A DNA stretch of 64,000 nt from a virus (IMGVR_UViG_3300047325_000072:1-64000); one strand, 5' to 3'. Positions 9,853-19,179 are shown, counted from the stretch's first letter. Notes: generated by a model not told the origin, from the letters alone. Numbers and translations are program-made.

Positions 9853-10683
9853 ATGCCAACACAAAAACATCTAACACCTAAGCCCGATGAAGTTCCGGCG
9901 ATCGACTACGGTGACTATGCGGCGGATGCCGGGGCCGGTCTGGAAGGGGGCCGGGCGGAGGAGTTGCTGCTTCCGTTTATCTACGTGCTGCAACCTCTAT
10001 CGCCGCAATTGGATAAGACCGGCGCCGGGTATGTGCCGGAGGCCGACGAGGGAATGTTTTTTAACACCTTGACGGGCCTAGTTTACGACGGCGCGACGGG
10101 GCTTGAGGGCGTGGCGGTCAACCGTGAGTACCTCTACACGGAGTGGAACCCGCGGGAAAAGGGCGGCGGTTTCAAGGGCACGCGCTCACCGGACGATGAT
10201 CTAGTGCGTCGCCTCAAGCGAGAGCAAGGGGCTTTCCAGGCTCTGCGCACGCCTGACGGTACCGACCTCGTGGAGCAGTTCAACCTCGCTATGATCCTCG
10301 GTCCCGCGCCGCTGTCGCTAGAAACCTGTTTTCAGGGGCTTATTCCGTTCAAATCGACATCGATCGGGGTTTACAAGGCGTTTTATTCGCGGGCCACGTC
10401 TTTCCGCTACAAAACTCCGAAAGGGATGATCACACCACCGATCTGGGCACACCGATGGCGCGTAACCACGGCCGCGATGAAGAACGATTCGGGCAGATGG
10501 TATAACCCCAAGTTTGAGCTTGTCAGCGGCCCCGAGCCGGCGCGATCGCTGCTGCCCGCAAGCGATCCGCTTTACGGCGAGGCCAAGCGGCTTAACGAGA
10601 TGTTTCGCGCCGGCCAGGTCCGCACCGACTATGAGGCGGGTCGCGAGCCAGGCGACGACGTAGACGATATACCACCGCTTTAA
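9853..10683 (+). CDS. probable ssDNA-binding protein
   Basis: DAGAG.E..LPF..LQ.LSPQ, Y.EW.PR..GGGF and an acidic tail DDVDDIPPL. Confidence 0.65.
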   Translation: MPTQKHLTPKPDEVPAIDYGDYAADAGAGLEGGRAEELLLPFIYVLQPLSPQLDKTGAGYVPEADEGMFFNTLTGLVYDGATGLEGVAVNREYLYTEWNPREKGGGFKGTRSPDDDLVRRLKREQGAFQALRTPDGTDLVEQFNLAMILGPAPLSLETCFQGLIPFKSTSIGVYKAFYSRATSFRYKTPKGMITPPIWAHRWRVTTAAMKNDSGRWYNPKFELVSGPEPARSLLPASDPLYGEAKRLNEMFRAGQVRTDYEAGREPGDDVDDIPPL

Positions 10684-10782
10684 CCCAGATCCCAGGGATG
10701 GCGCCGCGGTTTCTCTCCCAGCCGCGGTCCTCTCCCCGGTAGCCGGTCGCGCCCGAGTGCCGGTGGGATATAGTCGGGCAGC

Positions 10783-10823
10783 GCGGACGGCGACCATTTA
10801 TGAAGGTCGCCGTCCGCAGTTTT
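10783..10823 (+). terminator. intrinsic terminator-like hairpin
   Basis: Perfect 13-bp stem GCGGACGGCGACC/GGTCGCCGTCCGC, 9-nt loop, followed by AGTTTT. Confidence 0.6.
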
Positions 10824-10843
10824 CTATCGAAACGAGGGATACG

Positions 10844-11692
10844 ATGAAAATCATCCACCGATTTACCGGCGCGGTTCTTTTTGAACTAGAATGCGATTCG
10901 TTGAGGGTATGCGTCGAGGCAGCCATTAACAATGGCGTGAAACTCGGCGGCGCGAACCTCGGCGGCGCGAACCTCCGTGGCGCGAACCTGGCCGGTGCGA
11001 ACTTGGACATCTCGGACTTACACGGCGCAGACATGCGTGATGCGAACCTAAATGGCGCGAACCTAAATGGCGCGAACCTGCGCGGTGTGGACCTGCGGGG
11101 CGCGAGCCTCGACGGCGCGAACATGCGCTGTGTGGACCTGCGGGGAGCAAATCTCGACGGCGCGGAGATGCGCGGTGCGGACCTCGACGGCGCGAACCTC
11201 GGTGACGCGAACCTCGACGGCGCGAACCTCCGTGTCGCGAACCTCCGTGGCGCGAACCTCCGTGTCGCGAGCCTCCGTGTCGCGAACCTCGGCGGCGCGA
11301 ACCTCGGCGGCGCGAACCTCGGCGGCGCGAACCTCGGCGGCGCGAACCTCGACGGCGCGAACCTCGACGGCGCGAACCTCGGCGGCGCGAACCTCGGCGG
11401 CGCGAACCTCGGCGACGCGAACCTCGGCGACGCGAACCTCGGCGGCCACAAAGTTGACGGGACTGTCGGCATCATCCAGGCCGGCATGCCAAACAACTGG
11501 CACGCGTTCGGCTATGTCGATCGCGTAACGCGACAACTGCACGTGCGCGTCGGTTGCCGGAACAAAGAACTCGGCGAGGGACGCGCGTACTGGGCATCCC
11601 CAGATCACCCCGCTTTGGAAAAGCGACGCGAGGTCTTGGCCGCGCTCGATTATATCGAAGCAGTCGCACGTCTGCGCGGATGGGGGTCGTAA
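10844..11692 (+). CDS. pentapeptide-repeat protein, paralog 2
   Basis: Same flanking domains as paralog 1 with a longer repeat tract; GAGGG RBS. Confidence 0.9.
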   Translation: MKIIHRFTGAVLFELECDSLRVCVEAAINNGVKLGGANLGGANLRGANLAGANLDISDLHGADMRDANLNGANLNGANLRGVDLRGASLDGANMRCVDLRGANLDGAEMRGADLDGANLGDANLDGANLRVANLRGANLRVASLRVANLGGANLGGANLGGANLGGANLDGANLDGANLGGANLGGANLGDANLGDANLGGHKVDGTVGIIQAGMPNNWHAFGYVDRVTRQLHVRVGCRNKELGEGRAYWASPDHPALEKRREVLAALDYIEAVARLRGWGS

Positions 11693-11810
11693 TGACGGGA
11701 TCGGTGGCCGGACAATTATTTGAAAGGGGCAACGGCGTGGAAAACCAGGGCGACGAGACCGGCGATCTGCCGCCGGGCGAGTATGCGACAGCGAGGCAAG
11801 GGGTCGCCCC

Positions 11811-12464
11811 ATGAAAATCACTAACCGATTTACCGGCGCGGTTCTTTTTGAACTAGAATGCGATTCGTTGAGGGTATGCGTCGAGGCAGCCATTAACAAT
11901 GGCGCGAACCTCCGTGGCGCGAACCTTGACGGCGCGAACCTCCGTGGCGCGAACCTTGACGGCGCGAGCCTCTACGGCGCGAGCCTCGACGGCGCGAACC
12001 TCGACGACGCGAGCCTCTACGGCGCGAACCTCGACGGCGCGAACCTCGACGACGCGAGCCTCGGCGGCGCGAACCTCGGCGGCGCGAACCTCGGCGGCGC
12101 GAACCTCTACGGCGCGAACCTCGGCGGCGCGAACCTCGACGGCGCGAACCTCGGCGGCGCGAACCTCGGCGGCGCGATCCTCGGCGACGCGAACCTCGGC
12201 GACGCGAACCTCTACGGCCACAAAGTTGACGGGACTGTCGGCATCATCCAGGCCGGCATGCCAAACAACTGGCTCGCATTCGGCTATGTCGATCGCGTAA
12301 CACAACAACTGCACGTGCGCGTCGGTTGCCGGAACAAAGAAATCGGCGAGGGACGCGCGTACTGGTCATCCCCAGATCACCCCGCTTTGGAAAAGCGGCG
12401 CGAGGTCCTGGCCGCGCTCGATTACATCGAAGCAGTCGCACGTCTGCGCGGATGGGGGTCGTAA
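11811..12464 (+). CDS. pentapeptide-repeat protein, paralog 3
   Basis: Near-identical N- and C-terminal DNA to paralogs 1 and 2. Confidence 0.9.
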   Translation: MKITNRFTGAVLFELECDSLRVCVEAAINNGANLRGANLDGANLRGANLDGASLYGASLDGANLDDASLYGANLDGANLDDASLGGANLGGANLGGANLYGANLGGANLDGANLGGANLGGAILGDANLGDANLYGHKVDGTVGIIQAGMPNNWLAFGYVDRVTQQLHVRVGCRNKEIGEGRAYWSSPDHPALEKRREVLAALDYIEAVARLRGWGS

Positions 12465-12473
12465 TGACGGGAT

Positions 12474-12735
12474 CGGCGGCGCGAACCTGGCCGGTGCGAA
12501 CTTGGACATCTCGGACTTACACGGCGCAGACATGCGTGATGCGAACCTAAATGGCGCGAACCTGCGCGGTGTGGACCTGCGGGGCGCGAACATGCGGGTG
12601 CGGACCTGCGCGGCTCTAGGCGGTACGGCGCGGACATGCGCGGTGCGTACCTGGACGGTCGCGAACTTGAGCGGTACGAACCTGGGCGACTTGATCTCCA
12701 GGAGAGCACTTGAGTGCCGGTATTTCTCAAAATAG
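12474..12735 (+). pseudogene. orphan pentapeptide-repeat fragment
   Basis: Copies the internal paralog-2 tract (GCCGGTGCGAACTTGGACATCTCGGACTTACACGGCGCAGACATGCGTGAT), lacks both flanking domains and then frameshifts. Confidence 0.75.
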
Positions 12736-12738
12736 GAC

Positions 12739-12767
12739 TTTATTTTATCGGTTGGAGTGCTTATAAC
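12739..12767 (+). promoter_or_regulatory. sigma70-like promoter P3
   Basis: TTTATT-N17-TATAAC with AAAATAGGAC upstream; leader CTACCGAAAACGAGGAGA. Confidence 0.7.
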
Positions 12768-12796
12768 TGGTTCTACCGAAAACGAGGAGACGCCGT

Positions 12797-12994
12797 ATGA
12801 AGCTACTCGGATACACCTTCACTGAAATGACTGCCCAGGAATGGGAAATTTACAGGGGCGCCGAGCCGCACACGCTGATTTGTCATCTTGACGATCGCGA
12901 TCTTTTATACAATCCGGCGTCCGGTGTCTTGTCCGAGGTCATGTTCGATCAAAGCGGCAGCATGGTCCAGCGTGACTGGATCCGGCATATCTAA
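12797..12994 (+). CDS. hypothetical protein
   Basis: GAGGAG RBS; first gene after P3. Confidence 0.65.
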   Translation: MKLLGYTFTEMTAQEWEIYRGAEPHTLICHLDDRDLLYNPASGVLSEVMFDQSGSMVQRDWIRHI

Positions 12995-13044
12995 AACCTA
13001 TCGAGGGGTTTACCGACCCTTTCTACTCCAGGAGAAAATCTGTC

Positions 13045-14007
13045 ATGACGACCTATCTTATCGTTTACGGCCTAAATCCCGCCGATCGCTTTGCCGCTTA
13101 TAAGTTCGCCAATCGCCAGGACGCGATAACCGCGCGTCTTACGCCCACTGTCCCTGTTGACGGTTACGGCCGGTACCAGCCGGATCGGCCGGCTGAGGAT
13201 GTAAGGCCGGGGATTGGCGGCTGCGCCTATGTGATCGAAAAGGACGAGGACGTTCCTTTCGCTTTGCCGCGCCTCGCGGAGGTCTTCAACGCGCTTACCG
13301 GGCAGTCGATCGCGCGTTTCCGGGACAAGCCCACGGGGCTGAAGCGCCTGTTTGCCGCGTTGGCGGAGAGGGCCGTAGAGCCGTCCTCTGAACTTCCGGT
13401 GGAAAACCCCTATGTCCCTTCGGAAAACGAGCTTATAAACGTTCCCTCTTCAGACCAAGAGGATGAGGGAATGACGAACTCCGAAGAAGTAGCGGCGCCG
13501 GTCCAGATGGTAGAAACCATCGATTATGTGGATGTGGATCTAGAAGCCGCAGAGGCAGAGGCACCGAAGAAGCGACGCGGCCGGGCAACCCCCGAGGGGC
13601 GCACAACGCTGAAAGAACAGCAGGAGCGCTATAATGCGCTCGCTCGCGAGGCGACCCTCCTGGGCTTGAAGGCCAAGGAGCATACCGCCTTGTTCCAGTA
13701 CGAACGGGGCGAGAAGCAAATCGAAAAGCTCCGTGCCCGCATTGAGGAGGCTAAGGCTAATCCGCCGCGGCATCGTGAAGGGATGTCGAAGAAGCCGCGG
13801 CATCGTGAAGGGATGCCGAAGAAGTTGTCCGAAAACATGCAGGTCCTAGTGATTTCAGAGAGCAACCCCAAGCGTGCCGGCTCAAAGGCTGCGGGCTATT
13901 GGGAACATTATCGGAATGGTACAACCGTAGCCGAACTCATCGCGGCCGGGGTACCGCGCGCGGATATCGATTGGAATGCCAAGAAGGGTTTTATTACTCT
14001 TGGCTAA
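13045..14007 (+). CDS. phage protein with C-terminal NPKRxGS domain (putative DNA binding)
   Basis: NPKRAGSKA..Y..G.TVAE..G..DI.W..KGFI C-terminus; AGGAG RBS; 30-bp duplication at 13765-13824. Confidence 0.7.
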   Translation: MTTYLIVYGLNPADRFAAYKFANRQDAITARLTPTVPVDGYGRYQPDRPAEDVRPGIGGCAYVIEKDEDVPFALPRLAEVFNALTGQSIARFRDKPTGLKRLFAALAERAVEPSSELPVENPYVPSENELINVPSSDQEDEGMTNSEEVAAPVQMVETIDYVDVDLEAAEAEAPKKRRGRATPEGRTTLKEQQERYNALAREATLLGLKAKEHTALFQYERGEKQIEKLRARIEEAKANPPRHREGMSKKPRHREGMPKKLSENMQVLVISESNPKRAGSKAAGYWEHYRNGTTVAELIAAGVPRADIDWNAKKGFITLG

Positions 14008-14233
14008 GCTCCGCGCCAAGGATCTATGCCGGGCTGCGGAGGCGATTAAACTCGCCTCCGCTTCCTATTTCACAGTAGTTCGTTTAATTGGACCTGCGAG
14101 ATACTCCCGGAAAGAGTTTCCAAACCTAGAAACGGCACGCGCGTATCAAGTTCAACTAGGATGTGATGAGTATGGAAGGCAAGGCATGATCTATGCGGTC
14201 ACGTCTAGTGGGGAGAGTATCTTTGTCCAATAG
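14000..14233 (+). CDS. hypothetical protein
   Basis: Short ORF bridging adjacent genes; the TTG start is a guess. Confidence 0.5.
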   Translation: MAKLRAKDLCRAAEAIKLASASYFTVVRLIGPARYSRKEFPNLETARAYQVQLGCDEYGRQGMIYAVTSSGESIFVQ

Positions 14234-15254
14234 CAACAAGCCTTTGTTGTCAAACCACTCCGCTGCCTGGCACCATGAAAAGTTTGCTGAATTTATCGAA
14301 CGCAAACTGGAGATTGGTGAGCCTAGTCCGCATTTAGCTATAATGGGCTATCTCACACGAAATATGTCTGAGATGGATCGGGTTTGGGCATTAGGGTGCT
14401 ATGCGGCGACTTACTGTTTACCAAGTGCTCAAGTTATCTGGACATATTGGACTTACGCCCAGGCGTGCGAAAATAATGTTGAACTTGCCTCTTGGGTGCA
14501 TGAAAACTGGCCTGGTATTGTAACGCGAACTGAGCGTCGCTGTGTGCGCTCTCCGCAAAAAATGTATGAGTGTCTATCTAGTCTGGCTCGTTGGGTAGAG
14601 TCAAACTTCAGCATGCTTAAGTCTTTATCTCCGGAATTAAATCCCGCCAATTACGATAGAGTTTGGGACTCTGTAAGTCAGATTAAATTTTTCGGACGCT
14701 ATATTAACATCCGTTTCGTAGAGGGATTACGTCGTTACTGTGGCATTCCGGCCATGTTGTACGATATCCGCTCGATAGGCGGGTGGTCGCCCAAACGGGC
14801 GTTAGCTCTTCTCTATCCAGAACAAATAGAGAGGTTGCTAGTCGATGACTCAGAGGGAAATCTTCTTACTGAGAAGTTAGCGCGGGAACTTTTAGAAGGA
14901 CTTCAACCCCGTATACCTAAGTTGAATGAATATATCCTCGCCGCAATGCTTTGCGAGTACAAAGCCGGTTATGAGAACTATAAACAGTATCCAGGCTGGA
15001 CGATAGACCAAGAACCCTTGATGTATGATAAGGTCTATGCCTATTGGGGAGATCGGATAAATAAGAATTTACTCTGGGAAGCCCGAAGGGCGTTGTTTCC
15101 TCCTGAAGTTCTTGGTGAGTTGAACAACTGGAACGGCACGCGCTGGGATCTTACTCATGTACTTCGAGACGAAGGTTATATTTGGTCGGATTTAACATAT
15201 GATTACGAACGGAGCCGTGGAAATTTGGCCGATCCCTATCGGAGAGTAAGTTGA
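14223..15254 (+). CDS. aGPT-Pplase2-like (amino acid:DNA transferase family) thymidine-hypermodifying transferase
   Basis: W..TERR, FFGRY..FVE, LCEYK..YPG..D and WEARRALFP..L.E match the HhH-glycosylase-derived AADT family. TTG follows GGGGAGAG. Confidence 0.75.
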   Translation: MSNSNKPLLSNHSAAWHHEKFAEFIERKLEIGEPSPHLAIMGYLTRNMSEMDRVWALGCYAATYCLPSAQVIWTYWTYAQACENNVELASWVHENWPGIVTRTERRCVRSPQKMYECLSSLARWVESNFSMLKSLSPELNPANYDRVWDSVSQIKFFGRYINIRFVEGLRRYCGIPAMLYDIRSIGGWSPKRALALLYPEQIERLLVDDSEGNLLTEKLARELLEGLQPRIPKLNEYILAAMLCEYKAGYENYKQYPGWTIDQEPLMYDKVYAYWGDRINKNLLWEARRALFPPEVLGELNNWNGTRWDLTHVLRDEGYIWSDLTYDYERSRGNLADPYRRVS

Positions 15255-15706
15255 TAGAGCGTCGTCGTGGCGTCTTTAACGTAATTGTGCCTGACAGGCT
15301 CTATCAGCGTGGTCAAATACTCACTTGGACTCTAGAAAGTAAGCGACGCGCGTTTTCTGATGTCGGGATAACAGCTTATGTAAATTTATGGCCTAAGTTG
15401 GACCCAGACCTTGCACTACTCGATTTGGATTGGTATTTCCAGATACCGTGCCCCCGGTCTGAACAGGTATTGGAAGCGCGAGTAATAAGCGCTGCACGTA
15501 GCGTCGCGAACTATCTTTCGGATGATCTTACACGCCGCGCTCTTGTTCTCTGCGAAGCCGGACGTACGCGTTCAGTTTTCTTTTGCATTTTAGTTAAACA
15601 GTGTTTGCATAAACAAACCATGCTGGAATCTCGCGCGAATGTGTTGCGCGCCGTACCTGGGCATGCGCTGAAACGTTTTCACGAAGAGTGGCTTCAAAAG
15701 CAATAG
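15251..15706 (+). CDS. cysteine-based (PTP/dual-specificity fold) phosphatase
   Basis: CX5R loop VLCEAGRTRS; GITAYVNL strand; TTGA overlap with the upstream gene. Confidence 0.8.
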   Translation: MIERRRGVFNVIVPDRLYQRGQILTWTLESKRRAFSDVGITAYVNLWPKLDPDLALLDLDWYFQIPCPRSEQVLEARVISAARSVANYLSDDLTRRALVLCEAGRTRSVFFCILVKQCLHKQTMLESRANVLRAVPGHALKRFHEEWLQKQ

Positions 15707-15717
15707 GGGGAGAACTA

Positions 15718-16776
15718 ATGGGAAAGATACGTGTCGCGCTCGTAGGCGTGGGTAACTGTGCCAACGCTTTGCTCCAGGGTCTTAGCTATTACGACGATCC
15801 GGGGCGTACAGCCGGTCTTATGCACCCTAAAATCGGGCCTTACACTGTCGGCGATATCGAGGTTGTCGCGGCCTTCGACGTTATTCGAGGCAAGGTAGGG
15901 CAAAGTCTGCGAGATGCGGCCTATGCCGAGCCTAACGATACGCTAGATTTCGCGTCCATCGCTGCGAATCGCGATGTTTTGGTTAAGCGCGGCCCCACGC
16001 TTGACGGTCTGGGCGTCTATCTGCGGGAACGCGTAGTAGAATCTACGTTGCCGAGCGTAGATATAGCTGACGCGCTTCGAGAGACTGGAGCGGAAGTAGT
16101 CGTAAATTATCTTCCGGTTGGTTCTGAGTTTGCAGCAAGGCATTATGCCGGCGCAGCGCTTGAAGCACACTGCGCCTTTGTCAACTGCATGCCGACTTTT
16201 ATTGCTTCCGATCGCGAATGGGAAGCCCGCTTCCGTCGCGCGGGTCTTCCGATCGTTGGCGATGATGTTAAATCCCAGGTTGGTGCGACCATCGTACATC
16301 GGGCGTTAGCGCAACTTTTTCGAGATAGAGGAGTCGGTTTAGATCGCACAATGCAATTGAATGTCGGGGGAAATTCCGATTTTCTCAATATGTTACAGCG
16401 GGATCGACTAACATCTAAGAAAATATCCAAAACCCAGGCGGTTACGTCCATCGCGGGAGTCACATTCGCGTCGGGAGATATTCACGTCGGACCAAGCGAC
16501 CATATACCTTGGCTTACAGACCGAAAATGGGCTTACGTTCGATTAGAAGGCCTGGGCTTCGGCGGTGCGCCGCTAAATGCGGAGCTAAAGTTAGAAGTTT
16601 GGGATTCGCCTAACTCGGCCGGTGTGGTGGTTGACGCTATTCGATGCGCCAAGTTGGCACTTGACCGCGGAGAGAGCGGCGCCCTGCGCGCAGTTTCAGC
16701 CTATTTGATGAAATCGCCACCCGAGCAAAGCGACGACGATAAGGCGCGCCATGACCTGGAATGTTGGTTACAATGA
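15718..16776 (+). CDS. ino1: myo-inositol-1-phosphate synthase (bacterial/archaeal Ino1 type)
   Basis: GVGNCA Rossmann motif, YLPVGS, GDDVKSQVGAT, QLNVGGNSDFLNM, SKKISKT, GPSD, DRKWAY, WDSPNSAG, YLMKSPP. Confidence 0.95.
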   Translation: MGKIRVALVGVGNCANALLQGLSYYDDPGRTAGLMHPKIGPYTVGDIEVVAAFDVIRGKVGQSLRDAAYAEPNDTLDFASIAANRDVLVKRGPTLDGLGVYLRERVVESTLPSVDIADALRETGAEVVVNYLPVGSEFAARHYAGAALEAHCAFVNCMPTFIASDREWEARFRRAGLPIVGDDVKSQVGATIVHRALAQLFRDRGVGLDRTMQLNVGGNSDFLNMLQRDRLTSKKISKTQAVTSIAGVTFASGDIHVGPSDHIPWLTDRKWAYVRLEGLGFGGAPLNAELKLEVWDSPNSAGVVVDAIRCAKLALDRGESGALRAVSAYLMKSPPEQSDDDKARHDLECWLQ

Positions 16777-17315
16777 TCATAAACATCCGCGGCACAAACG
16801 GATCCGGTAAATCAACAATTGCCCGAGACTTTCTGGGAGATGCGATCGTCGAATTAGCACCTTATCAGACTCCGAAGGGCGCTCGGAAAAACGTTATGGG
16901 TTATCATAATCGTGGCCTAGACCTTATCGTTGTCGGGCCTTATCGCACTGCTTGTGGAGGCTGTGACGCAATCAAGACCCAGGATTTAGTCAAGGAAAGC
17001 GTGCGCATCGCGGCGAAGAAGGCACAACACGTCCTATTCGAAGGATTTATCGTTTCAGGTATATATAGCGGTTATCGCGCGCTTTCCCAAGAATTAGGCG
17101 GAATTACTTGGGCTTACCTAGATACTCCGATCGAGGTCTGCTTTGCACGTATCCAGGAGCGCAATGGAGGTAAATCAATTAAAGAATACAAGGTTGTTGA
17201 AAAGAACAAGGAGATTGAATCAACCCGATTGAAGGCTAAAAGAGACGGGGAGAAGGTCGTAACGATCCCGTACGAAAGCGCGATTGAGGCTGTAAGAGGG
17301 ATGCTTTCGGCATGA
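16773..17315 (+). CDS. P-loop kinase A, 5-hmdU DNA kinase family
   Basis: IINIRGTNGSGKST, GPY..GGCD, VLFEG, LDTP..C..R..R; ATGA overlap. Confidence 0.75.
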   Translation: MIINIRGTNGSGKSTIARDFLGDAIVELAPYQTPKGARKNVMGYHNRGLDLIVVGPYRTACGGCDAIKTQDLVKESVRIAAKKAQHVLFEGFIVSGIYSGYRALSQELGGITWAYLDTPIEVCFARIQERNGGKSIKEYKVVEKNKEIESTRLKAKRDGEKVVTIPYESAIEAVRGMLSA

Positions 17316-17860
17316 TCATCAACATCCGCGGAACCGGCGGCTCAGGGAAGAGCTACGTTGTACGCACTCTAATGGATCGCTTTAACGCGCAGCCAATCCT
17401 TGACGCAAGAGAAAAGATTCTCGGCTATGAGATGGACATCATAAAGACTTTTGTGTACGGTCCCTATAAGGCTGATTCCGGGGGCGTCGATAATCTTTCA
17501 AAAGAAGTTAGATCACAAGACTGTATAGAAGAAGAAGAAGTAAGATCTAGATCTAGGGACTATCACGTAATTTTTGAAGGACTGCTTGTTTCCGGAATCT
17601 ACGGCCGATGGCGAAATTTCGCGAAAACTGTCCCAGATTTCCGCTGGGTTTTCTTAAATACACCGCTTGAGCAGTGCATAGAGAACACCCGTGTGCGTCG
17701 TGTAAAAGCATCCCCCGATTTTAGTCTGAAAGCTACCGAGGATAAATACCGCAGTGTTCGCGCGCTCTACCATAAAACGCGCTACGATCGCCTAAACTCT
17801 TATGATGTTTCCTCGGACGAAGCGGTTGCGCTTATCGCGGGCTGGCTTACCACGCAATGA
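17312..17860 (+). CDS. P-loop kinase B, paralog of kinase A
   Basis: IINIRGTGGSGKS, GPY..GGVD, VIFEGLLVS, LNTPLEQC..RR; ATGA overlap. Confidence 0.75.
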   Translation: MIINIRGTGGSGKSYVVRTLMDRFNAQPILDAREKILGYEMDIIKTFVYGPYKADSGGVDNLSKEVRSQDCIEEEEVRSRSRDYHVIFEGLLVSGIYGRWRNFAKTVPDFRWVFLNTPLEQCIENTRVRRVKASPDFSLKATEDKYRSVRALYHKTRYDRLNSYDVSSDEAVALIAGWLTTQ

Positions 17861-18708
17861 TCATCGATCCTTTCCTCTATTGGATGCGTGAGCGCGAGGC
17901 GGTCCGACTGCGCCGTAAGAGCGGTCACCCGCCGCCTTGGACGGCGGAGCCGATCCTACAAACCTACCGATTTTGCAACGTTCGTCGCGAGGATGATAGG
18001 GTAACAGTTTGGATTCGTCAGCATATCCGCGAACCCTACGCCGATCATCCGGCGCTATGGTGGATGCTGTGTGCGGCGCGGATGATCAACTGGCCCGACT
18101 CTCTGGCGGAAATTATCGCTGCGGGCGCTTGGCCCGACCGGGCAAACTTCAATCCTGCCCAGATCGGAGAAGTTTTAGAGGCCCGGAAGCTGCGCGGCGA
18201 TAAAGTTGAAACCGGGGCTTATATGATCTCGGCGTCATATAAAACCGTTCCTTCCTGGTCCAGTTGGTCAAAACAACGCTACATCGCAGAGATTGTCTTG
18301 GGGCGGCTTTGGGACAAGCGAGAAGAGGTTTCCGCAACCCTGGAGGCAAAACACGCTTTCCTTACCGAGCATCGCGGCTGGGGGCCGTTTATGGCATGGC
18401 AAGCGGTCGCTGACATGTGTTTTACCTCGATCCTGGCCGCTGCCCCGGATCGACACTCCTGGGCAGCGGCCGGCCCCGGCACGATCCGGGGCCTGAACCG
18501 ACTGCATGAGCGCCCGGTAAAGCAAACACTCTCGCAGAAGAAAGCACTTGCGGAGCTTAGGGATGTCTACCCAATCCTGTTAAAAGAATCAGGTATTGAG
18601 TTTGACTGGATCGACGTGATGAATATCATGTGCGAAACGGATAAATTCCTGCGTGTAAAGAACGGCGAAGGTAGACCTCGCTCGCTTTTTACCCCTTTAC
18701 TTACCTAA
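17857..18708 (+). CDS. aGPT-Pplase1 / 5-hmdU DNA kinase helical domain protein
   Basis: PWT..ILQTYRFCNVRREDDR, R.INWP, GAYMI, G.GPFMA.Q..D, GPG..RGLNR, CETDK..R..G.GRPR. Confidence 0.88.
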   Translation: MIIDPFLYWMREREAVRLRRKSGHPPPWTAEPILQTYRFCNVRREDDRVTVWIRQHIREPYADHPALWWMLCAARMINWPDSLAEIIAAGAWPDRANFNPAQIGEVLEARKLRGDKVETGAYMISASYKTVPSWSSWSKQRYIAEIVLGRLWDKREEVSATLEAKHAFLTEHRGWGPFMAWQAVADMCFTSILAAAPDRHSWAAAGPGTIRGLNRLHERPVKQTLSQKKALAELRDVYPILLKESGIEFDWIDVMNIMCETDKFLRVKNGEGRPRSLFTPLLT

Positions 18709-18724
18709 CCTTTTCGCCTATAAA
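18696..18724 (+). promoter_or_regulatory. sigma70-like promoter P4
   Basis: TTTACT-N17-TATAAA. Confidence 0.7.
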
Positions 18725-18813
18725 ACTGCTTATGGGCATACATAAACGATCGATCGGTCGGAGCACACGCCACCCTATGTTTTCAAAGCCTTGAACTGCG
18801 AGGTTTGATCGCG

Positions 18814-19143
18814 ATGGAATCTATGGAACATGTCTATCTTTGCCACAAATGCGGTGGATTACTTACGCGACACAACGCCGACCCGGCATTATACGGTTGC
18901 GGCTGCATGTCGGGATATATTCGTGACTGGCAGTATCCAACGCCAGTCACCGAACTTCGTTCTATTCAACTCGACGCTTGCCGTGAAACGTTAGCCTTAT
19001 ATCAGCGTCAAGGCCGCGATCCTGACGGCGACCTTATTCGCAAAACACTTGCGCGTATCAAAGCGTTGGAATCGGCTCGGTCCGGCTCAAGGAATTGCAC
19101 TCGGGGCGAAAGGGCGTCTTGCGTTACGGGCGGCTCAAAATAA
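18814..19143 (+). CDS. small putative Zn-binding protein
   Basis: CHKC...CGC; start uncertain (18805/18814/18823). Confidence 0.55.
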   Translation: MESMEHVYLCHKCGGLLTRHNADPALYGCGCMSGYIRDWQYPTPVTELRSIQLDACRETLALYQRQGRDPDGDLIRKTLARIKALESARSGSRNCTRGERASCVTGGSK

Positions 19144-19179
19144 CGACCTAGGGTCTTTGTTTGTACCGGAGAAAAGAAG

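Noticed and set aside
10700-10782. HDV-like ribozyme (TCCTC loop)
   Set aside because: P1 is imperfect, and the conserved L3 G, P1.1 and J4/2 could not be placed.
10798-12314. Long antisense and alternate-frame ORFs (RFAPP.., ARTS.., EVRA..)
   Set aside because: These are shadows of the stop-free 15-bp repeats; the same applies to 1052-1526.
8284-12735. Diversity-generating retroelement (AAC to AGC/ATC/TTC variation, near-identical 3' ends)
   Set aside because: No reverse transcriptase in the window, and differences between copies are not restricted to adenines. An RT elsewhere in the genome cannot be excluded.
15718-16776. ino1 as a stand-alone auxiliary metabolic gene or host contamination
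   Set aside because: It overlaps the downstream kinase and is flanked on both sides by phage DNA-modification genes. No phosphatidylinositol or mycothiol genes are nearby.
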